Source of the DNA: Oligoflexia bacterium
GTDB taxonomy: Bacteria; Bdellovibrionota; UBA1018
Direction: 5' to 3'
Assembly (NCBI GenBank): GCA_963758495.1
Contig: CAVWVI010000004.1
Location: forward strand, 640,001 to 704,000
DNA length: 64,000 bases
A program made the position numbers and the translations under genes. The notes under the pieces were generated by a model. The model saw nothing but the letters and a program-made list of their open reading frames with translations, searched no databases and had not been told where the DNA came from. Shown here piece after piece: positions 29,120 through 39,206 of this stretch (the first letter of the stretch is position 1; each line of letters starts with the position of its first letter).

Positions 29120-31681
29120 TCACTCTTTCCAAGGCACAGATTTGCCCACAACCCCTTTTAAGAAGGTTAAATGGCGATAACGCTCAGCCTCATACCCCGT
29201 AGTCAGGAATACGTTATTAAACCCTAGATCAAAAATTTTCCGTGCCACTCCTTCACCGGAGATCCCCTCTCCCAAGCTCACATCCACATAAACTGGGACA
29301 CTCAGATCAAATTGATCTGAATTCTTAAAAAACCCATCCGCATTGGAATATCCCAGCATCGATCGATTGGAAGATTCTGCAGCTAATCTCCAAGAAAGTT
29401 GAACCAAAGGGTCATCATCAATCAAAATAAAATCTGGTTTTAGAGGGGGGTCTACAACAGAGAGGGGGACAAATGCTGCCATACTCTTCGGCACAATTCC
29501 GACACCCAGTTTCTCACAGGTTTCGAGAATTTGCTTTTCTTCAAAACGGCTAGTGACCAAAACACTTTGTGAAGCAATGCCTAACTCTTCAATCAGATCT
29601 AGCCCCGTCTCTTTGAGGCCCAATAATTCATAATCCACCAAGTACAATACAGATTTTTTCTCGTGAGCATTCTGAATCACCCAGCTCTTCAGTTCTCCTG
29701 GTATTGAGAAGTGCTTAATCTCAATATTCTGAGTGGTCATTGAAAGATTTTCAAATCGTCCGTCCCAGATCTGGTGAATTGAAACATCATCGTCTAAAAT
29801 AATCACAGAAGTTTGAGGGCTGATTCTCAACTCCGGGACAAACCAAACAGGAGGAGGAGCATTCGGCAAGGTAAGAATCACGACTGTGCCCTTTCCTACT
29901 TGAGATTCTAATTGTAAATCACCACCCCAATTTTGAAGCGATTTTTTAGCATGGTAGAGACCCAGCCCTAATCCTCCCTCTTTGCCATGGGTTTCTCCCC
30001 TCTGACCGAGTTTACTTAAAATTTCTGGTGCTATCCCTTTTCCGGTATCGGTGCAAAGAATTTCAATTTTGCCATCCTTCTTTGCCAACTCTAACGTCAC
30101 GTTACCGCCTTCTTCCAAAGCTTCCACCGCATTATTGATCAGATTTGAAATGGCCCTTCTGAACTCAATCGGTTGAAAATCAGCAAACAGACCATAAGAG
30201 GAAGTGCAAAGCTTGAGTTGGATTTCTATCCCCATTTTGGATCGAAACTGATACCGCTTTTCGGAGATCAAGGAATCAATCATGCTCGAAAGAAGTACAA
30301 CCTCGGCTTTCTCGATGGGTTCAGGTCTAACAAGATTTTGCGCCATTGCGTTTACATGACTCTTACTAGGAGGACTTTCGAGTAGTTTATTTGCGATATC
30401 TCGAATCCGACTTACGGAACTTCTCACTAAAAGTCGTATATCCTCTGGAAGAGTAGAAAGCTCCGGCAGAGCCATATCGAGTGCCGCTAAGGGTGAGCGA
30501 ATATCATGCGCTATCTGGGCGTGATTCTTTTTGATGGCTTCGGCAGTTCGAGCTTTTTGCTCATTCAGTATCACCTGATTCATGACGTGGATCTGCTTTC
30601 TGAAAAGGGTATTATACGAGTGCTGTAGCTCTGTATAATAGGTCTCTCCCTTACTCTGAGTTCGATCTCCCAAAACCGTCTTATTCAAAATATCAATAAT
30701 GGCTCCGCCGTAATCCGCAAGTCTCTGATTGATATAGGCGCTGAATATCCCGGAAATTAATATTCCAGTGGAACACATCGCACCAATATAGATGAAGCGA
30801 TCGACAGAACCTCCCACAAACACCTGTGAAACGCTAATTGCAAGGAAGGTCGTAAAAATTAAAACCACCTTGATTTCTACTTGAACACTTCTCATTCTAA
30901 TGGGGTAGATTCTTTTAAATGATTTCTCAATCACCATGAAAACTGCAAACAAAACCAGTCCGAATCCATAAATGAACTCATAATAATCAAAATCTAATGT
31001 AAGCCCATGAGCCTGGCGTACAACAATTTCCGCTCCTATTAAAAACATAGTCAAAAGCCCCGCCGACATGAAAGTCCAATAGGGTTGTTGACTAAAGATA
31101 AAAATAAAAAGAAGAATTAAAGAAGTGACTCCATTAAAAAAAATATAACTCACTTGCGACACCGTAAGGAAACTACAAAGCTGATTCAAGTGAATAATCC
31201 CGACTGACTGGGTAAATAAAAAAGTCCCAACGCCACCCACAAAAATTATAAATAAAATAAATTTCACTCGCTGAATACGACTCAAGCTCCTGATGCGAGC
31301 GACACAGCCAAAAAGCGCTATCCAACAAATAAATGCGACAGAGAAGGCAAAATTAATTGACCCTACAATAATAGGATCAGAGTTGCTAAACAGCTTTGCG
31401 TAATGACTTGCATGCCACAGAATGTCTCCAATAAAACAAAAGCTAATAAAAGCCAAAAAAAGAGCGATCTTGACACGTTGAGGCTTCTGAAATCGAGTCA
31501 CAGGCAAGCGTTTCATTAAGGACCCTAGGCATAGGATATATGAAAAAAGCTCAATCGAGCTCAGTAAAATACCCCCGTGCCAATAGGTTGCATGTCTCTG
31601 AATAAAATAGAGAATGAAAAACACAAGCAAGATAGCCGAAATAATCGCTATAGTATATTTTATATCTAGGTTTTGTTTCAT
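29120..31681 (-). CDS. Hybrid sensor histidine kinase with about 9-10 TM input region and two receiver-like domains
   Basis: H-box AQIAHDIRSPL, N-box NLINNAVEA, DTGKGI, GLGLGL; REC-like IILDDD...LVDYEL and ILIDDD...VYVDVSL...TTGY. Confidence 0.92.
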   Translation of the reverse strand: MKQNLDIKYTIAIISAILLVFFILYFIQRHATYWHGGILLSSIELFSYILCLGSLMKRLPVTRFQKPQRVKIALFLAFISFCFIGDILWHASHYAKLFSNSDPIIVGSINFAFSVAFICWIALFGCVARIRSLSRIQRVKFILFIIFVGGVGTFLFTQSVGIIHLNQLCSFLTVSQVSYIFFNGVTSLILLFIFIFSQQPYWTFMSAGLLTMFLIGAEIVVRQAHGLTLDFDYYEFIYGFGLVLFAVFMVIEKSFKRIYPIRMRSVQVEIKVVLIFTTFLAISVSQVFVGGSVDRFIYIGAMCSTGILISGIFSAYINQRLADYGGAIIDILNKTVLGDRTQSKGETYYTELQHSYNTLFRKQIHVMNQVILNEQKARTAEAIKKNHAQIAHDIRSPLAALDMALPELSTLPEDIRLLVRSSVSRIRDIANKLLESPPSKSHVNAMAQNLVRPEPIEKAEVVLLSSMIDSLISEKRYQFRSKMGIEIQLKLCTSSYGLFADFQPIEFRRAISNLINNAVEALEEGGNVTLELAKKDGKIEILCTDTGKGIAPEILSKLGQRGETHGKEGGLGLGLYHAKKSLQNWGGDLQLESQVGKGTVVILTLPNAPPPVWFVPELRISPQTSVIILDDDVSIHQIWDGRFENLSMTTQNIEIKHFSIPGELKSWVIQNAHEKKSVLYLVDYELLGLKETGLDLIEELGIASQSVLVTSRFEEKQILETCEKLGVGIVPKSMAAFVPLSVVDPPLKPDFILIDDDPLVQLSWRLAAESSNRSMLGYSNADGFFKNSDQFDLSVPVYVDVSLGEGISGEGVARKIFDLGFNNVFLTTGYEAERYRHLTFLKGVVGKSVPWKE

Positions 31682-31687
31682 ACTATC

Positions 31688-32317
31688 TTAGATGGCTTTA
31701 AAGACTAAATCACAGCTCTCACAATCGGATACTCTTCCAAATACAAGCTGGCCTCGAAACTGATATCGATTATAAAAAACTTTTTCCAAAACTTTATAAC
31801 CGGATTTCAAGAAAATCTTTTGAGAAACTGGACCTGTTGCTTCAGCAATAACTCCTCGACGACCTTCCAGTTTCGCCATTTTTTCAGATAATTCTAGCAA
31901 TCTGACCCCAATTGAATTCCCGCTAGCCTCTGGAAATACCCCCACCATCAGGACGTGGAGAATCTCCCCTAGTTTAGGAGACGACTGTTTTTTAAATTCT
32001 TCATCCAAATGACTTAAAATGGCGATAACAGAATCCAGCTTCTCATCCAACTTATCGCTCCCTTCCGGGGGCGGTAGAAGAAAATCTTCTGCAACTAAAC
32101 ATCCAATCACTTTTCCTTCGCCATCTTTTGCTAAGTACGTATGACCATTCTGAATCGAACGTTTCGTAAATATTTCTACAAATGGACGAAACTCATCCAA
32201 ACTGAGATTAATTGCTTTTGAAAGAGCCTCGCCCTGACAAAAAGTTTGATTGATACATTCAACAGCCACTTTAAAATCTTCTACTGTAGCGATCTCAAAT
32301 CTAAATTGGTTTTGCAT
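31688..32317 (-). CDS. GNAT N-acyltransferase of the AANAT-like (arylalkylamine acetyltransferase-like) type
   Basis: TFCQGEALSKA, KVIGCLVAED, HVLMVGVFPEASGNSIGVRLL and AEATGPVSQKIFLKSGY. Confidence 0.82.
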   Translation of the reverse strand: MQNQFRFEIATVEDFKVAVECINQTFCQGEALSKAINLSLDEFRPFVEIFTKRSIQNGHTYLAKDGEGKVIGCLVAEDFLLPPPEGSDKLDEKLDSVIAILSHLDEEFKKQSSPKLGEILHVLMVGVFPEASGNSIGVRLLELSEKMAKLEGRRGVIAEATGPVSQKIFLKSGYKVLEKVFYNRYQFRGQLVFGRVSDCESCDLVFKAI

Positions 32318-32486
32318 TCGACACTCACCTCACTTTATGAGCAGGGAAATACTCAGTTTGGAGCTTAATTTAACTTAGCGAGTGTAATTTTTCAAATAAT
32401 TTATAACTTTAATCAAGTATCTTAGCGCATTCAGAGATAAGCATATGGAATATAGGGGTTTTTATAGAAATTGAGCAGATATTTAC

Positions 32487-32532
32487 AATTTGTTCAATAG
32501 AGTGAACAAATTTCTTCACTCCATTGAACAAA
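32487..32532. promoter_or_regulatory. Inverted repeat and repeated TGAACAAA boxes upstream of the GNAT-kinase operon
   Basis: AATTTGTTCA-N6-TGAACAAATT (32487-32512) plus a third TGAACAAA near 32525. Confidence 0.45.
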
Positions 32533-32653
32533 CGGAACTTAACCCCGCTGAGCTATACGATCGTTTAGGTCTATCTTAAAATGTGAAAAGATCTTCTAAG
32601 CAGTACTGACTGTCCTCGAACTGGAAACTCAGATAATCAAATCCACATACTCA

Positions 32654-33379
32654 CTACAACTGAAACCCAGCCGCTTCAGCATCCTTCTTAAAGATCTGCA
32701 CAGTTTCTAAGCTGAACTGTTTTAAATCTTTATTAAAAAGGGCTGTCTTTTTGAGCTGATCTTGAGTCACGGTAATAATATCAACACCAATGAGATCCGC
32801 TTGCACAATATTCCAAGCTTCACGTGGACTCGCCCAAAGGAGTTCAACCTGAGAGCCCGCTGAGCGACACATTTCTAAAGCAGCTTGCATCAAAGGAACA
32901 GGATCTCGCCCGGTATCTGCCACTCTTCCTGCAAAAACAGAAACAATAGAAGGAGCCCCCCCTTTGAGGGCTTGGCAAACTTCCCATACCTGATCGAGGG
33001 TGAAAAGTGCGGTCACGTTCAGACTCACACCCTCATGAGAAAGTTGATGGATCAACTCCGCTGTCGGCTTCCCTTTTGAATTCGTCACAGGGATCTTCAC
33101 ATTGACGTTCTTGCCCCATGTTTTAATTTCAAGCCCTTGCCGTCTCATTTCAGGAAGCTCATCCGCAAAAACCTCAAAGGAGATCGGTCTATCTGAAATA
33201 TGGGACAAAACTTTGTGGGCAAACGCTTTGTAATCTGTCACGCCAGCCGATTTCATCAGTGAAGGATTAGTCGTGAATCCTTTCACTAATGGATGCTTGG
33301 AAAGTTCAATCATGGAGTTAAAATCTGCTCCATCTGCGAAAATTTTTATTTTAGAGCTAAAAGGTGATTTTTGAGACAT
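32654..33379 (-). CDS. tal: Transaldolase (short TalC/Fsa type)
   Basis: IFADGA, GFTTNPSLM, VKIP, NVTALF, SVFAGR and LLWASPRE. Confidence 0.93.
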   Translation of the reverse strand: MSQKSPFSSKIKIFADGADFNSMIELSKHPLVKGFTTNPSLMKSAGVTDYKAFAHKVLSHISDRPISFEVFADELPEMRRQGLEIKTWGKNVNVKIPVTNSKGKPTAELIHQLSHEGVSLNVTALFTLDQVWEVCQALKGGAPSIVSVFAGRVADTGRDPVPLMQAALEMCRSAGSQVELLWASPREAWNIVQADLIGVDIITVTQDQLKKTALFNKDLKQFSLETVQIFKKDAEAAGFQL

Positions 33380-33411
33380 AAAAGTACTATTAGACTAGCG
33401 ATTCAATTTCT

Positions 33412-34443
33412 TCAATAGCTTTTCAAAAACACGATCCCGCGCCATTCCCCTTTTTCCATCACTCGGCTTGGTTTTACGCCCAATAATGATGAATATTTTT
33501 CTATGACTTGCGAAATATCCTTCTCAATGAGTCCAGATAAAATTAAAGCCCCGCCGGGCTCTATCCGACTCACAAGCTCTTCCGCAAATTCCAAAAGAAC
33601 GGGCCTCAATATATTGGCAACAACCATGCGATAACGTCGGATTTCGTTTTCCCGTCCTTGAGGCTCCAGAACTTGAGAAAAACCGACTCGATCTTCAACT
33701 CCATTCAATGCGACATTTTCTCGTGCATTGTCAATTGCGAGGGGATCGACTTCGACCGAGTTGACACGAGCACCCAGCAAAGCTAATCCAATCGATAAAA
33801 TCCCTGAGCCACTCCCAAAATCAAGGGCCCAGCTCTCCTCTAAAGACCGCTCTTGACTCAAATCTCCAATGGCCTCTAAACAAAGCTGAGTGGTCTCATG
33901 GGTTCCAGTGCCAAAGCCAGCTCCTGGATTAATTCTTAAAATCCGTTCTTCTCGTGCCACGTCTTCCAAAGATTTAAACCAAGGAGGCACGACCCGCCAA
34001 AAAGGTGCAATGGAAACTCCGGTACCTGAATTTAAAAAAGAAGCTTTCCATTCAGCATCCCAATCTTGTGACTTTTGCTCTTCAACAATTCCTACCTGAA
34101 TTTGTGGGATTTCTTTTAGAAGCGATGCAGCTCGCTCTGCCTCTTCTTTTCCAGAAAAATAGAGTTCAGCCTGGACCTCCTCCTGTGAATCCACCCAATC
34201 TCGGTCTTGGGGTGCCACACCTGAGTCCACGGTCCAAGAATCAGTCTCAAAGCCTTCCTCTGCCGCTTGCTCAGTCAAAAGCGTGCCTTCATGCACTCCC
34301 TCTAACCCCTCCTCACCCAAGCGACCCCACAGCCATTCATAAAAACTGTCGCGATCTAAAGTAAGAAGTTCTGTTGCACTCCCCAAATGAGCGGGAAGCA
34401 CAACAGAACGCGAAATGCGAATAAAAAACTTAAATACGTTCAA
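33412..34443 (-). CDS. prmA: Ribosomal protein L11 methyltransferase
   Basis: DW..EWK, INPGAGFGTGTHETTQLC, DFGSGSGIL, VVANIL and LILSG. Confidence 0.92.
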   Translation of the reverse strand: MNVFKFFIRISRSVVLPAHLGSATELLTLDRDSFYEWLWGRLGEEGLEGVHEGTLLTEQAAEEGFETDSWTVDSGVAPQDRDWVDSQEEVQAELYFSGKEEAERAASLLKEIPQIQVGIVEEQKSQDWDAEWKASFLNSGTGVSIAPFWRVVPPWFKSLEDVAREERILRINPGAGFGTGTHETTQLCLEAIGDLSQERSLEESWALDFGSGSGILSIGLALLGARVNSVEVDPLAIDNARENVALNGVEDRVGFSQVLEPQGRENEIRRYRMVVANILRPVLLEFAEELVSRIEPGGALILSGLIEKDISQVIEKYSSLLGVKPSRVMEKGEWRGIVFLKSY

Positions 34444-34470
34444 CTCAAATACCTTATACTTTAAATATTT

Positions 34471-37400
34471 TTATACTGGCGGCTGTGATTGATCTCCACC
34501 TGCCCCGGCGCCTCCGCCAGAGTTTCCGCCAGAATTTCCGTTAGACCCTTCGTTTCCTGATCCAGAAGAAGCGGTACGCACTGGAGATTCATTTCCGGAA
34601 ACAACCAATGGGGCAGCGCCGGCATCTTTCATCGCAGGCTCATTGCGTTTGATATGAGGAGGTCCACCTGCGGCAGTGTAACCATAAGGCTTCACTCCAC
34701 CCCGATCTCTGTTGCGATCAACTCCCCCACCTCGACGAAACTTTCCTCCACCCGCAGGGCTTCCACCCGGCCCCCTCCGTCCACGCACTCCTCGACGACC
34801 CGCTGCACCGTTTGGACCTCGATGATTCATTTCTCCGGAAGTTCTTGAAGGATGTCCTCCCGCTCCACTCCCTAAGCGAGCTAAAGCAGCATCTTGTGCA
34901 GCCTGTGCTCTGAGGAAAGCCAAGCGATCTTCTTCATCAAAAAATTCATCTGTCTTCTGAGTCGCAGTTCCTTGAGCAGCTCCTTGGGCAACCCCTTCTG
35001 GCGTATCTTTTGACACTTCCGAATTCTCTAAAGAATTCCTCACACTTACAACAGGGGCAGGAAGAGGATTAGGAAGAAGAGTTACTCCTGATGAAGCAAC
35101 AGGCTCAATGACTTGAGGGGCTGCTGGCTTAATAATTACCGTAGCTGTGGATTCATAAACAGGAGCGATAGGAGTAGGAACTTGAGTATTACGTTCACGG
35201 TCTCTCTCACGGTCCTGATCTCGATCTCTCGCACGATGGCGGTTTGAACTATGATCCTGGGAGCGATCCATTACAGTGTATTCTCGACCGTCCTTACCTC
35301 GCTCACTTTTTTCACGCTTGTCGGCGGTGACCTCAAACTGCTCCGGATGAAAATCTGTAACAGCCTGAAGATAAATTTGCTTTCTGTAACGTCGCTCGAG
35401 TTGATCCAAGGTCTCACGCTCATCAATCGCTAAAATGTCAATGACATCAGGATGCGCCTGAACTAAAATCTTGCTCACATCGCGCTCAATACCTTCCCGT
35501 TCAATTTCACGCATGACTTCATAACCCACTGTCAGCTTTCCTTTAATGAAACCCTTGCCTTCGCAATGAGTGCAAGATTCACAAAGCGTTCTGACAATGG
35601 TGTCGCGAGTTCTTTTTCGAGTCATCTCGACCAAGCCCAATTCTGAAATCTTTAAAATGGTTGGCCGTGCACGATCGCGAGAAAGTGCATCTTCAAGTGC
35701 CCGATAAACACGCTGTTTGTTCTCATCTTTCTCCATATCGATGAGATCAAGGATGATAATCCCGCCACTATTTCTCAAACGAAGCTGATAAGCGATTTCT
35801 TGAACCGCTTCTAAATTCGTTTTTAAAATAGTGTCTTCTAAATTCTTTTTCCCTACATATCGGCCCGTATTCACATCGATCGCTACGAGCGCTTCGGCTT
35901 GATCAATGACGATATACCCACCTGATTTCAACCAAACTTTTCTCTCTAAAGCACGAGACAGCTCTGTCGAAATTCCGTAAGCATCAAATATAGGAATATC
36001 CCCGTGATAAAGCTCTACTTTCTGCTTCAATGAGGGCATGAAGTGAGAAACAAATCGCTGAATTTCATTATAATGGTAACGGGAGTCTACAATCACTTTA
36101 TCGATTTCTTCAGTAACCCAATCGCGAATTGCTCGAAGAACCGAATTTAAATCTTCATACACTAAAGCAGGTGCCGTAATGGAGGCCGCTTTTTCTCGAA
36201 TCTCTGTCCAAAGATGGGTCAGATAGTCGATATCCTGTTTGATTCGTCTTTCAGATTGTTGTTTTCCACTCGCAGTTCGAACAATAAACCCAAGATTTCT
36301 AGGACGATTACGCTCAACAAACTCTCGTAATCGACGTCTCTCATCATCTCTTTCAATACGACGTGAGACACCTACGTGATCAATCGTAGGCATACACACT
36401 AGGTGACGTCCTGGTAAGCTAATATGGCAGGTCAGCCGGGCCCCTTTGGTCGCAATGGGATCCTTTGCAACTTGAACTAAGACTTCCTGTCCTTCTTTCA
36501 GTAAATCTTGAATATTCACTTGTGCCTTGACAGGCCGGCTACTGGTCTTGGTACGAATCCTACGATCCCGAGATCGAGGTGCTTTAAATTCAGGTCGATC
36601 TGCACTACTGGAAACGATTGGACGGCGCTCCACATTGACAACCGCTGCCGCCTCTGGGCGATTAGGCTCAACAACTTCAAGAGGATTACTTTCAGAATTG
36701 GCAGCAGCACTCGCAGCGTTGGCTTCGTCTACTAATCCTGAACGGTCAGAGCCAGAAGCTCCTGCATCGGCAACTTGTTCATGATAATTTTCTGGATAAC
36801 TTTGCTGAACCTGTGGAGATGCTTCAGGAGGAGTCACTCGTCGACGATAACGCCCTCCTCTTCTCCCTCTCCGATGCCGTTTACGTCCAGCAATACCACT
36901 TTGAGCATCTGAATCACCCGCTTCACCGTCTGCTGCCAGTTCTCCCTCGTCTTGACTGTCGTCATTACTTTCAACTGGGCTTTCAACTGAATTTTCTCCT
37001 GGGTTTTCAACCGGGCTTTTAACTGAGCTCTCAACTGGTGAATCCGATCCTTGTGATACTAAATTCAGAGAATCTGCTTCAGAATTGGATGTTTCAGGAG
37101 CCACTGTGCCTGGAGGTTGATCGGAAGAGGATTTACTCCCCCCCTCTCCACCAGAACTACTGGGTTTAGCTGCCATCTTAACAGGCTTAGTGGGTTCATC
37201 GTCATCTGAATCATGAGGTGAATCATCTGACAAATCATCTGAAGTATCCTCTTCAAAATCTGATTCTGAATATTCTGTTTCTTCGTTGTTCCACTCCGAC
37301 TCAGCATCTATTGGCGTCACCTTTTGTTCAAACGCCGGAAGCGAAGAGGAAATAATGACTTGTGGATTCGTTTCAGGCGCTTCGCTAGAAATACCAGTGG

Positions 37401-37785
37401 GCTTGACTTCAAACTCAGATTGAGACTCAGATCGAAGCACAGAACTCACTGCAACTTCGCCTACAGGCTCTAAAGCTCGCTCCACCTCTGAAGCATGCAC
37501 GTCTTCAAGAGCAATTGCGGCCTGATGAGAGCCTTCCTCTTCTTCCCAGATTTCGGAGTGGACATAAACATCATCCACATACAGAAATGCAGCCTTTTCA
37601 AGTCCAATATCTACGAAAGCCGCCTGCATTCCAGGTAAAACCCGGGTAACACGCCCTTTGTAAATATTTCCTACAATACCTTTTCCAGAAGCCCTCTCAA
37701 TGAGTAACTCTTGAATTTCACCATCTTCCATTAATGCAATACGAGTTTCAGGTAGAGACGCATTAATAATTAGTTCATTAGCCAT
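34471..37785 (-). CDS. rne: RNase E/G family endoribonuclease with a large disordered insertion in S1 and a disordered C-terminal tail
   Basis: VGNIYKGRV, LPGMQAAFVDIG, VQVAKDPIATKGARLT, IDVNTG, RLRNSGGIIILDLIDM and CxxCxG. Confidence 0.93.
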   Translation of the reverse strand: MANELIINASLPETRIALMEDGEIQELLIERASGKGIVGNIYKGRVTRVLPGMQAAFVDIGLEKAAFLYVDDVYVHSEIWEEEEGSHQAAIALEDVHASEVERALEPVGEVAVSSVLRSESQSEFEVKPTGISSEAPETNPQVIISSSLPAFEQKVTPIDAESEWNNEETEYSESDFEEDTSDDLSDDSPHDSDDDEPTKPVKMAAKPSSSGGEGGSKSSSDQPPGTVAPETSNSEADSLNLVSQGSDSPVESSVKSPVENPGENSVESPVESNDDSQDEGELAADGEAGDSDAQSGIAGRKRHRRGRRGGRYRRRVTPPEASPQVQQSYPENYHEQVADAGASGSDRSGLVDEANAASAAANSESNPLEVVEPNRPEAAAVVNVERRPIVSSSADRPEFKAPRSRDRRIRTKTSSRPVKAQVNIQDLLKEGQEVLVQVAKDPIATKGARLTCHISLPGRHLVCMPTIDHVGVSRRIERDDERRRLREFVERNRPRNLGFIVRTASGKQQSERRIKQDIDYLTHLWTEIREKAASITAPALVYEDLNSVLRAIRDWVTEEIDKVIVDSRYHYNEIQRFVSHFMPSLKQKVELYHGDIPIFDAYGISTELSRALERKVWLKSGGYIVIDQAEALVAIDVNTGRYVGKKNLEDTILKTNLEAVQEIAYQLRLRNSGGIIILDLIDMEKDENKQRVYRALEDALSRDRARPTILKISELGLVEMTRKRTRDTIVRTLCESCTHCEGKGFIKGKLTVGYEVMREIEREGIERDVSKILVQAHPDVIDILAIDERETLDQLERRYRKQIYLQAVTDFHPEQFEVTADKREKSERGKDGREYTVMDRSQDHSSNRHRARDRDQDRERDRERNTQVPTPIAPVYESTATVIIKPAAPQVIEPVASSGVTLLPNPLPAPVVSVRNSLENSEVSKDTPEGVAQGAAQGTATQKTDEFFDEEDRLAFLRAQAAQDAALARLGSGAGGHPSRTSGEMNHRGPNGAAGRRGVRGRRGPGGSPAGGGKFRRGGGVDRNRDRGGVKPYGYTAAGGPPHIKRNEPAMKDAGAAPLVVSGNESPVRTASSGSGNEGSNGNSGGNSGGGAGAGGDQSQPPV

Positions 37786-38443
37786 ATGGACACTCCCGCT
37801 AGATGATAGCGTGCTATCAAGTTAGGGAAACCGCGGGTATTTCCAACAATGCGAGGGGCGAATCGTTCCATCATATATAAGGTGATAGACATAATCGAGA
37901 TTTTGAAGCTTTAATAAACGTTGTATAATAAACTTGCGCTAAAAAATACACACGATGGTGTATAAGGCTCACAACTTGAGTTCTTGGCTGATTGTATAAG
38001 GGCAACGTTAAGGCTCCCAAAACCGTACCCACGGCAATGTGGATGCCGACGGTTTCATAAAAAATAATGTCCCTAATTGGGGCGCAATATGCGCGCCACT
38101 GAAAGCATTGCTCTCAGCAACCCTAAGCCGGATAAAAATAACCCGAACTTCTTCCAATAGGGAATGAGGAATTTCTCCTCAATTTTGTTCATGAGGTGCT
38201 TACTCAAGCAGGTAAAATCCAAATTTTCCGCTTTTAAAGCAACCTTTACTTATCTAAACGTAGCGAATCCGACTTGACACTTCAAGTAAAAAGTAGGATT
38301 TCTCTTAAATCGCAGTGCATTATGAAAAGTCTTCGTAAAGCTAAAGACTTCGCTGTTCTCTTCCAGAGATGAATACAAAATTCCGACCCTTTAACCTTAT
38401 TCCTTTTCAACTCCTAAAGAGAATGATACTCCGCATAGAGAAT

Positions 38444-39202
38444 ATGCACGCCCTTCCTCATGGCTCACTTGCATCAAAGATTGATCATACGCTTCTTAAG
38501 TCGGATGCCACTCCTGAAGAAATCCGCAAACTATGTGAAGAGGCTCAAGAGCATCATTTTGCAACTGTTTGTATTAATTCAGTTTATGTGCCTCTAGCTG
38601 CTGAGCTTTTAAAAAACTCTTCTACAAAACCTATTACAGTGGTTGGCTTCCCCCTGGGTGCCGCATCTACTGCCGCTAAAGCATTTGAAGCTCAGGAAGC
38701 GATTCGAGTGGGTGCACAAGAAATAGACATGGTGATCAACATCGGAGCGTTGAAAAGCTATAATTATCAGCTTGTATTCAATGACATTCGACAAGTAGTA
38801 GAGGCTTGCAAGCCTTATTCTGTAAAAGTTATTTTGGAGACTTCCAGTTTAAATCATGAGCAAAAGATCGCCGGATGCACCCTTGCAAAAGCCGCAGGGG
38901 CTGCATTCGTCAAAACCTCTACTGGGTTTGGAGCTGGAGGAGCTACGGTTGAAGACATTACTCTGATGCGGAGGGTGGTCGGGCCAGAAATGGGTGTCAA
39001 AGCGTCGGGTGGAATTCGCTCTTATACAGATGCTATGAAAATGATTGCTGCAGGAGCATCACGAATTGGCGCTTCTGCAAGTGTTGCAATGATTGCACAA
39101 GAGAAGCAGGCACAAGAGAACCAGACACAAAAAACCGAAGAAGTCAGCGGGCTCTTCAGCTCAGAAAATCATGACCCTTCCAACAAAAATACTTCATACT
39201 AA
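38444..39202 (+). CDS. deoC: Deoxyribose-phosphate aldolase
   Basis: IDHTLLK, VVGFPLG, EIDMVINIG, KVILET, FVKTSTGF and GVKASGGIR; start uncertain (38369 or 38444). Confidence 0.96.
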   Translation: MHALPHGSLASKIDHTLLKSDATPEEIRKLCEEAQEHHFATVCINSVYVPLAAELLKNSSTKPITVVGFPLGAASTAAKAFEAQEAIRVGAQEIDMVINIGALKSYNYQLVFNDIRQVVEACKPYSVKVILETSSLNHEQKIAGCTLAKAAGAAFVKTSTGFGAGGATVEDITLMRRVVGPEMGVKASGGIRSYTDAMKMIAAGASRIGASASVAMIAQEKQAQENQTQKTEEVSGLFSSENHDPSNKNTSY

Positions 39203-39206
39203 CTTT

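Noticed and set aside
37786..38368. tmRNA, RNase P RNA, 6S RNA or tRNA in the rne-deoC gap
   Set aside because: The hallmark motifs (GAGGAAAGUCC, T-loop GTTCGA with CCA end) were not seen; kept only as a candidate leader.
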